Below, in pieces: positions 39,461 to 41,370 of a stretch of 41,370 nucleotides of DNA. The DNA comes from a virus. Within the stretch, counting starts at the first letter, position 1; each line of letters opens with the position of its first letter. The translations under genes were made by a program, and so were the position numbers. The notes below the pieces were generated by a model. That model searched no databases. It worked only from the letters and a program-made list of their open reading frames with translations, and was not told where the DNA came from. The stretch covers positions 1 to 41,370 of the IMG/VR virus record IMGVR_UViG_3300045988_025431; one strand, 5' to 3'.

Positions 39461-39895
39461 TTGACGATTCAGGAATTATGCAGAGAAAAAAAGAACGCGC
39501 TGGGTATGACGGCCCAGGACATTGCCGATGCTTCAAACATCCCCCTCTCCACCGTTAATAATTTCTTCGCCCATGCGTCCAAATCCCCGGCTCTTTATAC
39601 CACAGCTGGTATCTGTGCGGCACTGGGGGTGTCTTTGGACGCGTTTTTTTGTATCGGCGATCACTGCACCGCCACGGAAGAAACCTTGCAGGCGGAAAAG
39701 GACGGGCTGGAACACCGCCTTGAAAATAAGCGGCTGACCATCGGCCTGATGGAGACGGAGTTGAATAACCTACGTCATTCCGTAAAACTATACAGGTGGA
39801 TCATACTCGGTTTGTCACTATTGATCGTCGGTCTCTTCGCCTGGTGCGTGTGGGTAGATATCCGCTGCGCCAATTACGGATTTTGGAGGGGATAG
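39461..39895 (+). CDS. membrane-anchored XRE-family HTH protein (144 aa, TTG start)
   Basis: GGAGGGGG RBS 7 nt before TTG 39461. HTH MTAQDIADASNIPLSTVNNFF, a coiled-coil segment, then a C-terminal TM segment WIILGLSLLIVGLFAWCVWV. Its stop lies 1 nt before the integrase GTG. Confidence 0.6.
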   Translation: MTIQELCREKKNALGMTAQDIADASNIPLSTVNNFFAHASKSPALYTTAGICAALGVSLDAFFCIGDHCTATEETLQAEKDGLEHRLENKRLTIGLMETELNNLRHSVKLYRWIILGLSLLIVGLFAWCVWVDIRCANYGFWRG

Positions 39896-39896
39896 T

Positions 39897-40916
39897 GTGA
39901 AGATACCAAAAGCAACAAAACTCCCATCCGGAAGTTGGTATGTAAACGTCATGGTAAATGGGCAGCGGATTTCCATCACCATGCCCACGAAGAAGGACGC
40001 GGAGCGGGAAGCGGCTGCTCTGAAATCCGGCGTCAAAAGCGCCCGGCATAATATAGCCCTAACCGTGACGGAAGCATTTGACCGCTATATAGACAGCAAA
40101 AGCGCCATCCTGTCCCCGGCCACCATTGCCGGATACAGGCGCATCCAGAAGAATTTACTTGAGCCTATCGCTGCGTATCCGCTATCCAACCTCACGCAGG
40201 AGCAGGTGCAGCGGTGGGTGAACCAGCTCACCAAGCAAGGAAAGAAGCCAAAAACCGTCTCCAACGCTCACGGCCTGTTAAGCGCCGTTATCGGAGCCTA
40301 CCGCCCGGAAATGGTTCTCCGCACCACCCTTCCTCAAAAGGTGAAACCGGAAATATCTATCCCAACCGAAGCCGAGCTGTCCGCCATATTTGACGCGGCA
40401 AAAGGCACAAAATACGAGCTGCCGATCATGCTGGCCGTCTGGCTGGGCTTGCGTGCTTCTGAAATACGGGGCCTGAAATGGGAAGATATTAACGGCGAAT
40501 ATATTTCCGTCAAGCGGGCTATCGTCCAGGGCGAAGCTGGCCCTGTCGAAAAAGGGACGAAAACTTTCAGCGGAACCCGCACCCTGCATCTGCCACCATA
40601 TCTCGCCGCGCTGATTCAGGCACAGGATCATTCCAAAGAACACATTGTAAATTTGTCCGGTCACGCCATGTATAACGGCTTTGAACGTATCTGTGAAAAG
40701 GCAGGAGTTCCCCATTTCCGCTTCCATGATCTGCGGCACATGAACGCCTCTGTCATGCTGGCAGTCGGCGTCCCTAATAAATACGCGCAGGAACGCATGG
40801 GTCACGCCACAGACAACATGCTGAAAACCGTCTACCAGCATACGATTCAGGAAGAGCAGAAAAAGTATTCCGAAGAGATTGACCAGCGCTTTGAAGAGCT
40901 GCTTCAACTCTCTTAA
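39897..40916 (+). CDS. int: tyrosine recombinase / phage integrase
   Basis: N-terminal SAM-like domain. The catalytic region has LRASEIRGL...HDLRHMNASVML...ERMGHATDNMLKTVYQH (R, H-x-x-R, H, Y). Confidence 0.9.
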   Translation: MKIPKATKLPSGSWYVNVMVNGQRISITMPTKKDAEREAAALKSGVKSARHNIALTVTEAFDRYIDSKSAILSPATIAGYRRIQKNLLEPIAAYPLSNLTQEQVQRWVNQLTKQGKKPKTVSNAHGLLSAVIGAYRPEMVLRTTLPQKVKPEISIPTEAELSAIFDAAKGTKYELPIMLAVWLGLRASEIRGLKWEDINGEYISVKRAIVQGEAGPVEKGTKTFSGTRTLHLPPYLAALIQAQDHSKEHIVNLSGHAMYNGFERICEKAGVPHFRFHDLRHMNASVMLAVGVPNKYAQERMGHATDNMLKTVYQHTIQEEQKKYSEEIDQRFEELLQLS

Positions 40917-40924
40917 TTTTTTCA

Positions 40925-40952
40925 TTTTTCATCTGTAATTCATCTGTAATTT
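40925..40952. repeat. 28-bp direct repeat copy 1 (TTTTTCATCTGTAATTCATCTGTAATTT), putative integrase arm-type sites
   Basis: Identical to 41144-41171. Each copy contains CATCTGTAATT twice in tandem. Confidence 0.85.
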
Positions 40953-41035
40953 TATTTGCAAATGGATCTTTCCCTTGCCGATTATCGTTAAGGCTTGCCA
41001 TTTTCGGAATCCATGAAACCGTTGAAAGCAAAAGA

Positions 41036-41068
41036 AAAACCGGGAATCCATTGTGGATTCTCGGTTTT
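41036..41068. terminator. bidirectional intrinsic terminator downstream of int
   Basis: 15-bp stem 41036-41050/41054-41068 with one G-U pair. An A-run lies upstream and a T-run downstream, so it reads as a terminator on both strands. Confidence 0.7.
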
Positions 41069-41074
41069 CTCATT

Positions 41075-41103
41075 TGGTGGAGCCGAGGGGAGTCGAACCC
41101 CTG
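41075..41103 (-). other. tRNA 3' fragment (T-arm, acceptor 3' strand, CCA) = probable attP core
   Basis: The minus strand reads CAGGGGTTCGACTCCCCTCGGCTCCACCA: T-stem AGGGG/CCCCT, T-loop TTCGACT, 7-nt acceptor strand, discriminator A, then CCA. No matching 5' half is present. Confidence 0.75.
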
Positions 41104-41143
41104 TGTTTTTTCTTAAAACTATTGCAATTACAGCATTTCGCAG

Positions 41144-41171
41144 TTTTTCATCTGTAATTCATCTGTAATTT
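41144..41171. repeat. 28-bp direct repeat copy 2
   Basis: Identical to 40925-40952. An inverted copy of the CTGTAATT core lies at 41126-41133. Confidence 0.85.
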
Positions 41172-41370
41172 ACTTGGGGTTTACGATCCCGTGATAATAC
41201 GCGCCCAGCTTTTCCTTTGCTCCCGGGCCGTCCTTGTCCATCAGAAATGCCCTTGCCATATCTGCATAGAACTCTGCAATGGACACGCCGTATTTCTCCG
41301 CCACGATGGAATAGTCGGAATACATCATGTTCATGGTGATCCACCAGCAGGGCCGAGAAACCTTTTCCCA
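41170..41370 (-). CDS. 3' portion of the wrap-around 162-aa hypothetical protein (see 1..365)
   Basis: In-frame continuation ...AEKYGVSIAEFYADMARAFLMDKDGPGAKEKLGAYYHGIVNPK, ending at TAA 41172-41170. Bases 41294-41370 duplicate 1-77. Confidence 0.6.
   Translation of the reverse strand, partial: WEKVSRPCWWITMNMMYSDYSIVAEKYGVSIAEFYADMARAFLMDKDGPGAKEKLGAYYHGIVNPK
41294..41370. repeat. 77-bp terminal duplication of bases 1-77
   Basis: Exact identity checked base by base. The duplication falls inside a coding region. Confidence 0.95.

Larger units (their letters stand above)
1..41293. mobile_element. complete temperate phage genome in circular (attP) form, podovirus-like gene content
   Basis: Bases 1-77 are identical to 41294-41370. 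A full packaging, virion, lysis, replication and lysogeny gene set is present, with integrase next to a tRNA 3' fragment. Confidence 0.85.

Noticed and set aside
41061-41141. Possible complete tRNA gene next to the integrase
   Set aside because: Only the T-arm, acceptor 3' strand and CCA are present. The sequence 5' of them on the minus strand (AAAAAACAC...) has no anticodon arm, D-arm or complementary GGAGCCG acceptor strand. It is an attP fragment, not a gene.

Overview
The window is a complete, circularly closed temperate phage genome. About 41.3 kb is unique, and bases 1-77 recur exactly at 41294-41370. GGAGG-type RBSs and a GC-rich backbone suggest a Firmicutes/Clostridia host. Almost all genes lie on the minus strand, in transcription order: (1) A Cro-like switch at 37549. 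(2) A tightly overlapping early/replication operon at 37.2-28.0 kb, with Gp157, ERF, NinB-like, HNH, SSB, replisome organizer, RusA, C5-methyltransferase, two Lar-like proteins and many small Cys-rich proteins. (3) An intrinsic terminator followed by about 650 nt of ORF-free, heavily base-paired sequence. (4) A podovirus-like packaging and virion block. It encodes terS, terL, portal, Prp-like protease, scaffold, capsid, tail fiber, three tandem WWLRSP-motif paralogs, holin, endolysin, adaptor, nozzle-like and needle-like proteins, a 616-aa protein and a 2648-aa polyvalent protein. No tape measure or tail tube gene is present. (5) A terminator-bounded accessory cluster running up to attP. The plus strand carries the lysogeny module: a CI-like repressor, a membrane protein, a membrane-anchored HTH protein and a tyrosine integrase. 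It is followed by an attP region containing a tRNA 3' fragment flanked by 28-bp direct repeats. The most unusual signals are: the large structured noncoding region upstream of terS; a promoter-plus-terminator small RNA unit antisense to the early mRNA beside cro; and a promoter/RBS/56-aa ORF unit antisense to the 3' end of the repressor gene. Other notable features are the mosaic polyvalent giant protein, the triplicated receptor-binding-like cassette, and a phage-encoded Prp protease paired with Phe-rich leaders on capsid and scaffold. All functional calls rest on motif recognition by eye. No database search was run.
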